From: Congzhengia sp.
GTDB taxonomy: Bacteria > Bacillota > Clostridia > UBA1381 > UBA9506
Assembly: GCA_045580665.1 (NCBI GenBank)
Contig: JAZNOF010000009.1
Span: 1,971 to 65,970, forward strand
DNA length: 64,000 nt
Reading direction: 5' to 3'
The stretch's first letter is position 1. Each line of letters begins with the position of its first letter. Under the pieces are notes generated by a model, which saw only the letters and a program-made list of their open reading frames with translations, did not search any database and was not told the DNA's origin. Both the position numbers and the translations under genes were made by a program. This document shows, piece after piece, positions 52,501-61,356 of this stretch.

Positions 52501-54007
52501 GAACGTCGGCACAGCAACAACAACAGCTACAATAAATGTTGAAGAAACTAACTACTACGATGTAACAGCAAGCCTCAGATGGTTGGCTAACTATACAGGT
52601 TATACTGTTAAAATCGATAGTACAACATTAGGAACTATTGCTGCAGCATCTTCAGGTGATGCTGCATGGAAAACTGTTACAAAGAAAGTTAAATTAACAG
52701 AAGGTACTCACACATTAACAATTACAAGTACGGGCTTGTATGGTCACGCGGATTCATACATTGACTATATTTCATTTGAGCCCTACGACCCCACAGTTAC
52801 TGTTCCTGCAGAAGGCGTACTTATCGAAGCAGAAAGTAACCCCTATGTTACAAAATATGTTGAAACAACAACCACAATAACAGATGAAGAGGGAACAACT
52901 TCCAGCACTGTTGTTGAAACAAAGGATACAATTTCAGTATCTGCTACAACAAAAATTTCTTACAACTATAGTACAGCAAATACTGATACTGTTAAATATA
53001 CAAAGGTTACATGGGATCAGCCCATCAATGTTCAAAAAGCAGGACAATATGTAATTTCTTACACGATTAACCAATCTGCTTGGTATCATGGTAAGCTTTA
53101 TCCTATGCTTGACGGAAAGCAGCTTGCTATGACTGCTGATGTTGAAACAGCAACTCCTGCTTTAGTAAAAGTATCTTATGTAATGGATTTAACTAAAGGC
53201 GCGCATACTCTTGGTGTTAAGGCTACAAAACATTCAAATAATAACTGTACAATAGTTGTAGACTGTGTAAGCGTTTATCCGCTCGAAAATGCTTTTGAGT
53301 CGGCTGATATTAGCGAACCCAAAACAACAATTGAGGTTGAAAACTATACAGGAAATACATTTATAGCGAATACCGGCTATCCGCTTACATCATATACCTC
53401 AGCAGGCGATGCCTTAAGCGGAAAAAGTTCTTTGTATATGACAAGACAGAGCCAATCTGCATCTTCAAACCTTTACGTTGTATTCCCGATTAATGTGACA
53501 ACAGCAGGAACATATGATTTAGAGTTCTCTGCAACAGGTAAAGATACAAGCTATTCAAGCGGTATTACCTTATCTATCGACGGTGCTGCAAAGGTAACCA
53601 CAAGTCACTCAGATAACACAGTATTTAAAACCTATACTGTTCCAAATGTTACCCTTACTGAAGGTATTCATATGGTGAAATTTGAGATTCAAAGATACGG
53701 TGTTAACGCGCGCGGTAAGATTGACTATATTTCATTCTCACCCGCTGAAAGTGCAGTCTACGATGACGAAGCTTTATCAACAACAGTAACTGCAAACATT
53801 GAAACTGCAGGTGAAGTAATCATTGCGCTTTACGATGCAGACGGAAAGCTTGCTGGTATTCACACAGAAACAGCAGATGCTCCAAAAACACTTCGCAATA
53901 TTGAAGTTGCTTGCGGTAAAATCCCTGTAAGCTGCACAGTTTATGTTTGGGAAGATTTGGTAAACGTTAAGCCTTTAACAGAACCAAAGGCAATTACAGT
54001 AGAATAG
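49553..54007 (+). CDS. Secreted metallophosphoesterase with FN3-like domain, six CBM6/35-like modules and a conserved C-terminal domain, copy 1
   Basis: Signal peptide; SDVH, NGD, GNHE, AH, GHFH calcineurin-like motifs; GLEEGTTY FN3-like; six IExE...DYI-type modules. Confidence 0.8.
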   Translation: MKKIISICLSVFMILSTLPFVAAADAWTGTGGENVEFSFGLISDVHDEYETLNLDQSVNAALDLGAQFIAFNGDITSIKTGDGTTLESYDKYYELVKPVYDDLKEKGIEYSANMGNHEFAGTGSASDNEFAKQAFENYVGPTQSHVVSEQGFHFISVSPESYKNDFSSASVDYMIAETEKAIAADSTNDVDGVFAEGVVPNSTKPVFVLAHWKNSTLNRFLEYAKTRPQIIFTYGHFHTAVEYPANIQQDGYTSYMSPVSYGNANMYGKMSISPHQSTHVEVETGEKGSVVKLYKLSLDKKEFIGEPWVIDIGAIVSDLTDEDTTNDLNNYLYSADKRANPSLPYFAEGATLQAQPVFTSAKLIFPKALIDETPNQQDDFIFAYIVEVYDENDTKVYTKTIYPEFVNNVTPASSYSQIVTGLEEGTTYTAKVIPVSALSNVQNGSTMPADLPKGEPLTVTFSTVEDTLGTETKTEETIKVDEKTVIEYEAWKSKVPKHTMTELYGTSGSRIIYNTGGKINGVAEPFTFSIPVNVEKAGTYKVEYVAAVGSDAGYYAGNVQFAMEKNGAIGDTYNSTGTSLGITAWEHHVLKKFTKTVTLKAGTDNLQTTINLGAGNQHLFELDYISFECVEVFEIKLDSAATIEFEDYPDYAILEDSKTTPASLATLEDADAYSNGKAYSVTDEAENFDVSLPLAVQKTGKFDIEYKASKGAVLYITDANGETVKTIDTSSYEGEDAIATITENNVILEAGDYTVSAKILATDGVATGILDSVKFTKTAYYNPVTYDKPVILEAEDFREIYRTDKSGTVSTYSLPDSTIKTATLAYSGDGYVQYNAYGYSNAYSAIEIDVKTGGKYTLEYYVRNWNWNSNNYVYITLDNATYAMNRTSDTWTDFGRYSISVTLTEGTHTVGYKAIVNQSGTNCYFAYDYIKVTPAYADISATEKTVIQGEDMHTVSGTSTKLYTIASDTACDGGRYLNYNVAQNVGTATTTATINVEETNYYDVTASLRWLANYTGYTVKIDSTTLGTIAAASSGDAAWKTVTKKVKLTEGTHTLTITSTGLYGHADSYIDYISFEPYDPTVTVPAEGVLIEAESNPYVTKYVETTTTITDEEGTTSSTVVETKDTISVSATTKISYNYSTANTDTVKYTKVTWDQPINVQKAGQYVISYTINQSAWYHGKLYPMLDGKQLAMTADVETATPALVKVSYVMDLTKGAHTLGVKATKHSNNNCTIVVDCVSVYPLENAFESADISEPKTTIEVENYTGNTFIANTGYPLTSYTSAGDALSGKSSLYMTRQSQSASSNLYVVFPINVTTAGTYDLEFSATGKDTSYSSGITLSIDGAAKVTTSHSDNTVFKTYTVPNVTLTEGIHMVKFEIQRYGVNARGKIDYISFSPAESAVYDDEALSTTVTANIETAGEVIIALYDADGKLAGIHTETADAPKTLRNIEVACGKIPVSCTVYVWEDLVNVKPLTEPKAITVE

Positions 54008-54020
54008 ATTCTTCCTTGAT

Positions 54021-54056
54021 AAAAAACTCCGTTCGAATTTTTCGAACGGAGTTTTT
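54021..54056. terminator. Bidirectional terminator
   Basis: aaaaactccgttcgaa-ttt-ttcgaacggagttttt. Confidence 0.85.
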
Positions 54057-54856
54057 CATTGTTTTATAAATTTTTCGCGATACTCTAAAGGTGTTAAACC
54101 TGTTTCTTCTTTAAAAACTTTTCCAAAATAGCTGGCATCTTCAAAACCGCAAAGTGAAGCGATTTTTGTTACAGAATAATCGGTAAGCTTTAAAGTTGTT
54201 TTAGCGTTGGCAATTCTTATATTTTTAAGCTGAGTCATTACGCTTTCTTTGTTCTCACGCCTTAAGCATCTGCAAATAGAAAATTTAGTTATTCCGATGC
54301 TTTCTGCAACATCGTCTAAGGTTATGTTTTTGTTATAGTTTTCCTCAAGGTATTTTCTGATTAAATCAGAGGTGCTGACCTGCTCCCGCGACATAGCCTC
54401 AAGCATATCAAGCAAAAAAACGTAGCAGGCAGCAGAACGCTGAGCTTCTGTGCCTCCGTTTTCGCATAATAACATTAACTGTTCATAGGTGCTGTTTAAA
54501 AATGGAGGGGCTTTAAAAATCTTGTAATTCCCAATGTTAAAGTGTTCTAAAAGCTCATCGCAACCATAAAATCCTATCCAAGAGGTTGAATAGGAGTCAT
54601 CAAACTGTTCGTATCTGCAATCAAATTGCGACCTGAAGAAAATACACTCTCCTTCAGAAAGGATAACTTTTTCGCCGTCTAAATAATATATTCCTTTGCC
54701 TTTTTTTATCCAATGAAATTCATGGAGTTTTCTATTAACGCGTATTACCGCGCACTGTTTTTCATGATAGCCTAAATTTGCTAAAATAACAGGATATGGG
54801 CTTGGCAGGCAGGTGGGCGGAAAATAATATCCGCGGCTCAAGGTGTTTTCAGACAT
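54056..54856 (-). CDS. AraC family transcriptional regulator, copy 2
   Basis: EFHWIKKGKG, CENGGTEAQR, CGFEDASYFGKVFKEETGLTPLEYR; paralog of copy 1. Confidence 0.93.
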   Translation of the reverse strand: MSENTLSRGYYFPPTCLPSPYPVILANLGYHEKQCAVIRVNRKLHEFHWIKKGKGIYYLDGEKVILSEGECIFFRSQFDCRYEQFDDSYSTSWIGFYGCDELLEHFNIGNYKIFKAPPFLNSTYEQLMLLCENGGTEAQRSAACYVFLLDMLEAMSREQVSTSDLIRKYLEENYNKNITLDDVAESIGITKFSICRCLRRENKESVMTQLKNIRIANAKTTLKLTDYSVTKIASLCGFEDASYFGKVFKEETGLTPLEYREKFIKQ

Positions 54857-54894
54857 AAAATCACTCTTTTTTATAAAAATTTAAGGTTAAGAAT

Positions 54895-54923
54895 ATTATA
54901 TAATGTAAACTAAGAAAAGTAAA
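54895..54923 (-). promoter_or_regulatory. Promoter of AraC copy 2
   Basis: TTTACT-17 bp-TATAAT. Confidence 0.65.
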
Positions 54924-55095
54924 GGAAAATCTTACATAATGCCAGATTATTACAAATATAATTCGTTTTTTGTTGCAAAATGTTACAAGGACAATATTTT
55001 CATATACAAGTACTGATTTTTAGATTGATGTTTGTAGTGTTGTAATATATAATTAAAGTATACCCGAAAGAAATGCGTTAAAGGAGAAAGAAAAA

Positions 55096-58000
55096 ATGAA
55101 AAAAGTTATATCAGTCATTTTGACAAGTTTTTTAATGCTTACAATTTTAACACCGTTAAACACAGTTTTAGCATGGGAAGCCGGCGACACTGATGTTGAC
55201 CTTCGTGTGGGTGTTCTTTCTGATGCCCATGTTGGCTATGGTGGCGACGACAACAAAATCACAGGAAGAACGTACGATGCCGACACAAGCTACATCACAA
55301 AGGCCTTACAGGCATATAAAACAATAGGCGGCGGAAAACTTGACGGCTTGGCGTTTTTGGGTGATATGGTGCAGTACGGCTACAATGAATATCACTCGGC
55401 AGATGGTGTTACCATTAACGGAACAACCTATCCACAAGGCACAGTTCCGGGCGTTCACTACGATGATTTGCTCGCTGCAGTTAACGCCGAGGCTGCTGAC
55501 TTACCTAAGGTATGGACAATGGGTAACCATGAGTTTGTCCAGAGCAGTACTGTAACCGATGAGGGTAATGCGGCTTTTATCGATATGTTCGAAACAAAAG
55601 TTGGTCAGCCTTTAGATTACCACACAACAATCGGAGGCTACGACTTTATCGCCGGTGGTTGTGAGCAGTTCCTTCCCGGCAAAACTTCAGAAGACTGGAT
55701 TATGCAGGAAGTTAATAATGCAATCGGTAAAGACAGTACAAATGCAACTGTTGATGAAAAGGGAAACTATTCCTTTGCAGATGGTATTGTGCCCGACAGT
55801 ACAAAGCCTGTATTTTTAACAGTTCACCACTCTTTGGGCGGAACAATAAATGGAAGCAGCAGTTCTTATACAGATTCGTGGATGTCAAACGAACTCTATT
55901 CATTTTTACAGAACAGACCGCAGGTAATCTGGCTTTCAGGTCATAACCATGTTGCGCCTTATATGCCTAGAACAATCCATCAGGATGGTTTTACAACATA
56001 TCAGGCATCAACTATGGATAACGGTGGTACAGGCTTTACCGGGAGCGGTGTTCATTCAGACCTTGCAGGCAACGGACTTCACTATGGAACTGTTTTAGAG
56101 GTCGAAGATAATGTTGTTAAGCTTTACAGACTTGACTTAAAAGCAGAGGATTATGTCGGTGAGCCTTGGGTGATAGACGTTCCCGCAATAGTTTCCGACA
56201 GAACAGATGCTGATACATCAAACGATTTAAACCACTACTATTATTCTGCAGACAAAAGAACAGCTGACGTTTTGGTTGCACCCACAATGCCTGAAGACAT
56301 AAACTTCAGCGTTTATAAATACGGAACAACAACAACCTTTAACTTTGACAACTGCGGAACAAGTGAGGGAACACCTTATCAGAACGACGATTATGTTGCG
56401 TATTACAAGGTGAAGGTATACGACGGCACAGATGCCGAAGTGAAAACGAGTAAATATTACAACAGATACGCAGATGTAATTGTGAACAAAAGCTGTTCAA
56501 CGATATTTACAGATTTGACGGCAGGGGAAACCTATACTGTAAAGGTATATCCTTACAGCATTTTTGATGTTGAGGGAGAGCCTTATGTAACTACGATAAC
56601 AATTCCCGAAACCGATACGGTTATGACTTTAAAAAGAGGAAAAACAGCTCGTATCGAAGCGGAGCATTATGCTGTAGTTAAACGCGATGTTTCTTCTACA
56701 ACATCATATCATTTGCCAACAGTCGTTTCAGATGAGGCTTGTTCAAACAGCGGATATATTAAATATACAGCGCAGAGAACAGGACAAACAGCATCGTGGA
56801 ATTTTAAGGTAAATGTGCCTGCCCAGGATTCTTATACCATTAACATGAGAGTGCAGAGAAATGCTTCTTGGTGCGGAGATCTTACATATCTTTTAGACGG
56901 AGAATCTATTGGAACAAGGGGAACAACGTCAACGGCATACTGGCTGACAGAAACCTTTACAAAAACACTTGCTGCAGGGGAACACACCATTTCAGTAAGC
57001 TCGTATATGGGAAATGTTAACGCAAATATTTTTCTTGATTATATTGAACTTATCCCTACAAAAACGAGTGAGGTTAAACTTGACACTAACGCAACAATCG
57101 AGTTTGAAGACTATCCTGATTATGTAATCTTAGAAGAAAGCAAAACTGCACCTTTATCACTCAAAACTTTAGAAGATGCAGAGGTTTACTCAAACGGTAA
57201 AGCAATAAGCGTTACAGAAGAAGCTGAAAACGTTGATGTTTCACTTCCTTTGATTGTAAGTGGAACAGGCAAGTTCAGCGTTGAATATAAAGCATCAAAA
57301 GGCGCTGTTTTATATATTACAGATGCAGCAGACGAGGTTGTTAAAACAATCGACACTTCATCATACGAAGGTGAAGATGCAATAGCAACAGTAACAGAAA
57401 ATGTTGTTTTAGAAGCAGGCGACTATACAGTTTCTGCTAAGGTTTTAGCAACAGACGGCGTAGCAACAGGTATTTTAGATAGCATTAAATTCACAAAAGC
57501 AGCTTACTATAACCCTGTTACCTACGATAAACCTGTAATTTTAGAAGCAGAGGATTTCAAAACACTTAAAAAGACCGACTCAGCAGGAACGACAACAACT
57601 GTTACTCTTTCTAATTCGAATGTTGTTACATCAGCATTAACCGGTGCCACCACAACCCATAGCGGCTCAGGCTGGGTGAAATATAATGCCGGCAAAAACA
57701 ATACTGTATGGAGCGAAATAGAAATTGATGTTAAAACGGCAGGTAAATATGTAATTGAGTATCATGTAAGAAACTCAGGTACATATTCTTCAACTAACCA
57801 CATAATGCTTGATGGTACAGCTTATGCTTCAGGCGGTTCAAATGATGCCTGGGAAGGCTTTAGAAAATGCTATCTTTCAACAACCTTTACTGAAGGAACT
57901 CACACAGTAGGTTTTAAAGCAGTAGGTAACTCCGTAAACTGCTATTATGCATACGACTATATTAAGATAACACCTGCAAAAGCCAACGTTTCCGCAACAG

Positions 58001-59667
58001 AAAAGACAGTTATTCAGGGTGAAGATATGCATACCGTCAGCGGAACGACAACAAAGATGGGTGTACTTGCATCAAACGCTGCTTGTGACGACAGCAGATA
58101 CTTTAACTATAACCAGTCCCAGAATGTTGGTGTTGCAACAACAACAGCAACATTGAATGTTGAAAAAACAGATTACTACGATATAACTGCTCACCTCTTA
58201 TGGCAGGTTCACTACACAGGCTATACCCTTAAAATCGATAGCACAACAGTTGGAACACTTCCAAGAGCAACCTCAGGAACAGATGGTTGGAAAACCATTT
58301 CAAAGAGAGTTAAGCTAACAGAGGGAACTCACACATTAACATTAACAAGTGAAGGTAACTATGGACATCAGGATTCATATATCGACTATATTTCATTTGA
58401 GCCCTATGACCCCACAGTTACAATCCCTGCAGAAGGTAAGCTTATCGAGGCAGAAAGTAACCCCTACGTTACAACATACCTGAAAACTGAAACAACCGTA
58501 ACAAATGAAGACGGTTCAACATCAACAAATGTTACAGAAACCGAAACCTATAAAGCAGTAACACCTACATCAGACAGCGCTGCATCAGGTTCATCAAAAA
58601 TTTCTATTAATGGTGGTAAGCAGGATACAACTACCGTTAAATACACAATGGTAAATACATGGAATCAGCCTGTTAATGTTGAAAAAGCAGCGAAATATGT
58701 AATTACCTACAAAGTAAATCAGTCTGCTAACTATCACGGAACCATTTCTGTTAAATTAGACGGTAAAAAACTTGACGATGCACCAAGCGTTTCAAAAGAA
58801 ACACCTGTTCTTACGCAAATGTCTTATTTGAAAGATTTAACGAAAGGCGCTCATACCATAAGTGTATCTGCTTCAGAAGACTGGAACCATAACTGTACAC
58901 TCGTTGTTGACTATGTTAACATTGTTCCGTTAGACAGTGCTTTTGAGGCAGCAGATGTTAACGAGCCTAAAACAACGATTGAACTTGAAAACTATGTAAA
59001 TAATGCGTTCAGTGCTCACAACGGTATATCTACAGCTGTTGGCGGACACACATGGAAGGGAACAGCAGAAGGTTTGAGTGCCGACAATGCATTATATATC
59101 TCAAGACAGAGCACATCAGCATCTGCAAACATAGATATTTATGTACCTGTTGATGTAAAAGTTGCAGGAACGTATAACTTATCGTTCTCTGCAACAGGTA
59201 AAGAAACAAACCACTCAGACGGCATTAAGTTATATATCGATGGTGTTGTGAAAACAACAACCAACCATGCAGGTTACACAACATATAAAACATACAATCT
59301 TTCAAATGTTGCCTTAACAGAAGGTCAGCATATGTTAAGATTTGAGGTTACAAGAAGCGGTGTTAACGCACATGGTAGAATCGACTATATTTCATTCTCA
59401 CCCGTTGAAAGTGCGGTATACGACGATGAGGCATTAGCAACAACAGTAACCGCAAACATCGAAACTGCAGGTGAAGTAATCATTGCGCTTTACGATGCAG
59501 ACGGAAAGCTTGCTGGTATTCACACAGAAACAGCAGATGCTCCAAAAACACTTCGCAATATCGAAGTTGCTTGCGGTAAGGTCCCTGTAAGCTGCACAGT
59601 TTATGTATGGGAGGATTTAGTAAATGTTAAGCCTTTAACAGCACCAAAAGCAATTACAGTAAATTAG
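55096..59667 (+). CDS. Secreted metallophosphoesterase with FN3-like domain, six CBM6/35-like modules and a conserved C-terminal domain, copy 2
   Basis: Signal peptide; SDAH, LGD, GNHE, HH, GHNH; DLTAGETY FN3-like; six IExE...DYI-type modules. Confidence 0.8.
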   Translation: MKKVISVILTSFLMLTILTPLNTVLAWEAGDTDVDLRVGVLSDAHVGYGGDDNKITGRTYDADTSYITKALQAYKTIGGGKLDGLAFLGDMVQYGYNEYHSADGVTINGTTYPQGTVPGVHYDDLLAAVNAEAADLPKVWTMGNHEFVQSSTVTDEGNAAFIDMFETKVGQPLDYHTTIGGYDFIAGGCEQFLPGKTSEDWIMQEVNNAIGKDSTNATVDEKGNYSFADGIVPDSTKPVFLTVHHSLGGTINGSSSSYTDSWMSNELYSFLQNRPQVIWLSGHNHVAPYMPRTIHQDGFTTYQASTMDNGGTGFTGSGVHSDLAGNGLHYGTVLEVEDNVVKLYRLDLKAEDYVGEPWVIDVPAIVSDRTDADTSNDLNHYYYSADKRTADVLVAPTMPEDINFSVYKYGTTTTFNFDNCGTSEGTPYQNDDYVAYYKVKVYDGTDAEVKTSKYYNRYADVIVNKSCSTIFTDLTAGETYTVKVYPYSIFDVEGEPYVTTITIPETDTVMTLKRGKTARIEAEHYAVVKRDVSSTTSYHLPTVVSDEACSNSGYIKYTAQRTGQTASWNFKVNVPAQDSYTINMRVQRNASWCGDLTYLLDGESIGTRGTTSTAYWLTETFTKTLAAGEHTISVSSYMGNVNANIFLDYIELIPTKTSEVKLDTNATIEFEDYPDYVILEESKTAPLSLKTLEDAEVYSNGKAISVTEEAENVDVSLPLIVSGTGKFSVEYKASKGAVLYITDAADEVVKTIDTSSYEGEDAIATVTENVVLEAGDYTVSAKVLATDGVATGILDSIKFTKAAYYNPVTYDKPVILEAEDFKTLKKTDSAGTTTTVTLSNSNVVTSALTGATTTHSGSGWVKYNAGKNNTVWSEIEIDVKTAGKYVIEYHVRNSGTYSSTNHIMLDGTAYASGGSNDAWEGFRKCYLSTTFTEGTHTVGFKAVGNSVNCYYAYDYIKITPAKANVSATEKTVIQGEDMHTVSGTTTKMGVLASNAACDDSRYFNYNQSQNVGVATTTATLNVEKTDYYDITAHLLWQVHYTGYTLKIDSTTVGTLPRATSGTDGWKTISKRVKLTEGTHTLTLTSEGNYGHQDSYIDYISFEPYDPTVTIPAEGKLIEAESNPYVTTYLKTETTVTNEDGSTSTNVTETETYKAVTPTSDSAASGSSKISINGGKQDTTTVKYTMVNTWNQPVNVEKAAKYVITYKVNQSANYHGTISVKLDGKKLDDAPSVSKETPVLTQMSYLKDLTKGAHTISVSASEDWNHNCTLVVDYVNIVPLDSAFEAADVNEPKTTIELENYVNNAFSAHNGISTAVGGHTWKGTAEGLSADNALYISRQSTSASANIDIYVPVDVKVAGTYNLSFSATGKETNHSDGIKLYIDGVVKTTTNHAGYTTYKTYNLSNVALTEGQHMLRFEVTRSGVNAHGRIDYISFSPVESAVYDDEALATTVTANIETAGEVIIALYDADGKLAGIHTETADAPKTLRNIEVACGKVPVSCTVYVWEDLVNVKPLTAPKAITVN

Positions 59668-59693
59668 ATTATTTCTTTAGATAAACTATCTCA

Positions 59694-59730
59694 AATAAAC
59701 CCCGTTCGGAAAATCCGAACGGGGTTTATT
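59694..59730 (+). terminator. Terminator of phosphoesterase copy 2
   Basis: aataaaccccgttcgga-aaa-tccgaacggggtttatt. Confidence 0.85.
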
Positions 59731-59735
59731 ATTTA

Positions 59736-59764
59736 TTGACTTTTTTATTATACTAATGTATAAT
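59736..59764 (+). promoter_or_regulatory. Sigma-A promoter of the murJ operon
   Basis: TTGACT-17 bp-TATAAT. Confidence 0.75.
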
Positions 59765-59801
59765 AATATAGATAAAATATGTTATATAAGGGATATTTTT
59801 T

Positions 59802-61352
59802 ATGGATACAGCTAAAAAGACAATTAAAACAGCAGGATTTATGATAATAGCAACCCTACTTGCAAAGGTTATGGGATTGGCTCGTGACAGCCTATTTGCG
59901 TCCCTATATGGAACGGGTGACGCTGCAACCGCATACTATACTGCAAGCAGAATTCCTCTTTTGTTTTTTGATATTGCGTTGGGGAGTGCTATTTCTTCTT
60001 CTTTTATTCCTGTTTTTAACGAATTTCTGCAAAAGGGAGAAAAGGAAAAGGCAACAGAATTTTCAAACAGCTTTCTAAACATAATATTTTTGATAACCTT
60101 TGCACTTTGTACAATAGGTATATTTTTCCGAGGTGTTATAGTGAATTTTTTAGGGCGCGGGCTTTCACCTGATCTTAAGGCTTTAACAGAATCACTTGTT
60201 GTGATAATGCTTCCCTCAATGATCTTTACGGCGCTTGCCTATTCATTAACGGGTGTTTTACAGTCCTACGGTGAATTTAATGCCCCTGCCGCCATAAGCT
60301 TAGTTTCAAACGGTATTATGGTGGGGTATCTTTTAATCGCGAAAGACTCTCTGGGAATTCACGGTGTATCCGTTGCAATGCTGGTTAGCTGGGCATTTCA
60401 GCTTATTGTTTTAATACCGTTTTTAATCAAAAAAAAATACAGCTACAGGCTATATATTAACTTAAAAAATCCAGGTCTCAAAAAGGTACTTTTATTGGCT
60501 GTTCCAATACTTATAAGCTCCTGGGTTCAGCCTATTAACACAATGGCTAATATGTTTTTAGCGTCATACATTGACGGAGGACAAGCAGTTCCAATTTTAG
60601 AATATGCAAATAGAATTTATATAATACTTGTGGGTGTTTTGACCTATGCGGTATCAAATCTTATCTTTCCGTCAATTTCCCGCTTGGCAACAGACAAGGA
60701 AAAGGAAAGCGAGTTTGTCGGCGTTTTAAAAACAGCAGTAGGAAGTGTTTTATTTTTACTCATTCCGATAATGATAGTTTTCTTAACAAGAACAGAAGGA
60801 ATAATCAGCCTTGTGTATGAACGCGGCGCATTCGGAAAAGAGCAGACTTATCTTACCTCAACCGCACTTTTCTGGTACTCCTTTGGTATGCTTGGCTTTG
60901 GACTTCAGGAAATGCTGAACAAAGCATTTTATGCAGAACAAAACGGAAAAACACCAATGACAGTTTCAGTTGTGGGCATAATACTTAACGTGTGCCTAAG
61001 CTTTGCCTTGGTAAGAGGCTTTAGCCTGGGAATTGCAGGTTTACCTATGGCGGCATCAGTTGCGGCAAACTTTATTGCGGTTTGTTTAGCTGTTATATTA
61101 AATAAAAAACATAAAATTTTCGATAGAGGATTTTTATTGAATCTTTTAAAAATGTTGCTTTGCGGTATAGCTATGGCTTTGGTAAGCTTGGCGGTGTGCA
61201 ACGCAGTTAGCTTTGAAAGCACATTTATCGGAAAAATACTTGATATTATAGTTCCTGCTTTGGCAGGCGGCGTGGTTTATATCGTACTTTCATTTTTATT
61301 AAAGCTTGACGAAATTAAAAGCATTACGGACATTTTTAAAAGGAGGAAATAG
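59802..61352 (+). CDS. murJ: MurJ/MviN family flippase
   Basis: LAKVMGLARD, A.RIP, SSFIPVF, YANRI, YERGAF; many TM segments. Confidence 0.9.
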   Translation: MDTAKKTIKTAGFMIIATLLAKVMGLARDSLFASLYGTGDAATAYYTASRIPLLFFDIALGSAISSSFIPVFNEFLQKGEKEKATEFSNSFLNIIFLITFALCTIGIFFRGVIVNFLGRGLSPDLKALTESLVVIMLPSMIFTALAYSLTGVLQSYGEFNAPAAISLVSNGIMVGYLLIAKDSLGIHGVSVAMLVSWAFQLIVLIPFLIKKKYSYRLYINLKNPGLKKVLLLAVPILISSWVQPINTMANMFLASYIDGGQAVPILEYANRIYIILVGVLTYAVSNLIFPSISRLATDKEKESEFVGVLKTAVGSVLFLLIPIMIVFLTRTEGIISLVYERGAFGKEQTYLTSTALFWYSFGMLGFGLQEMLNKAFYAEQNGKTPMTVSVVGIILNVCLSFALVRGFSLGIAGLPMAASVAANFIAVCLAVILNKKHKIFDRGFLLNLLKMLLCGIAMALVSLAVCNAVSFESTFIGKILDIIVPALAGGVVYIVLSFLLKLDEIKSITDIFKRRK

Positions 61353-61356
61353 CCTG

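Noticed and set aside
49553-59667. Diversity-generating retroelement explaining the variable loops
   Set aside because: No reverse transcriptase or separate template repeat in the window; differences include indels and all four bases, not adenine-specific changes.
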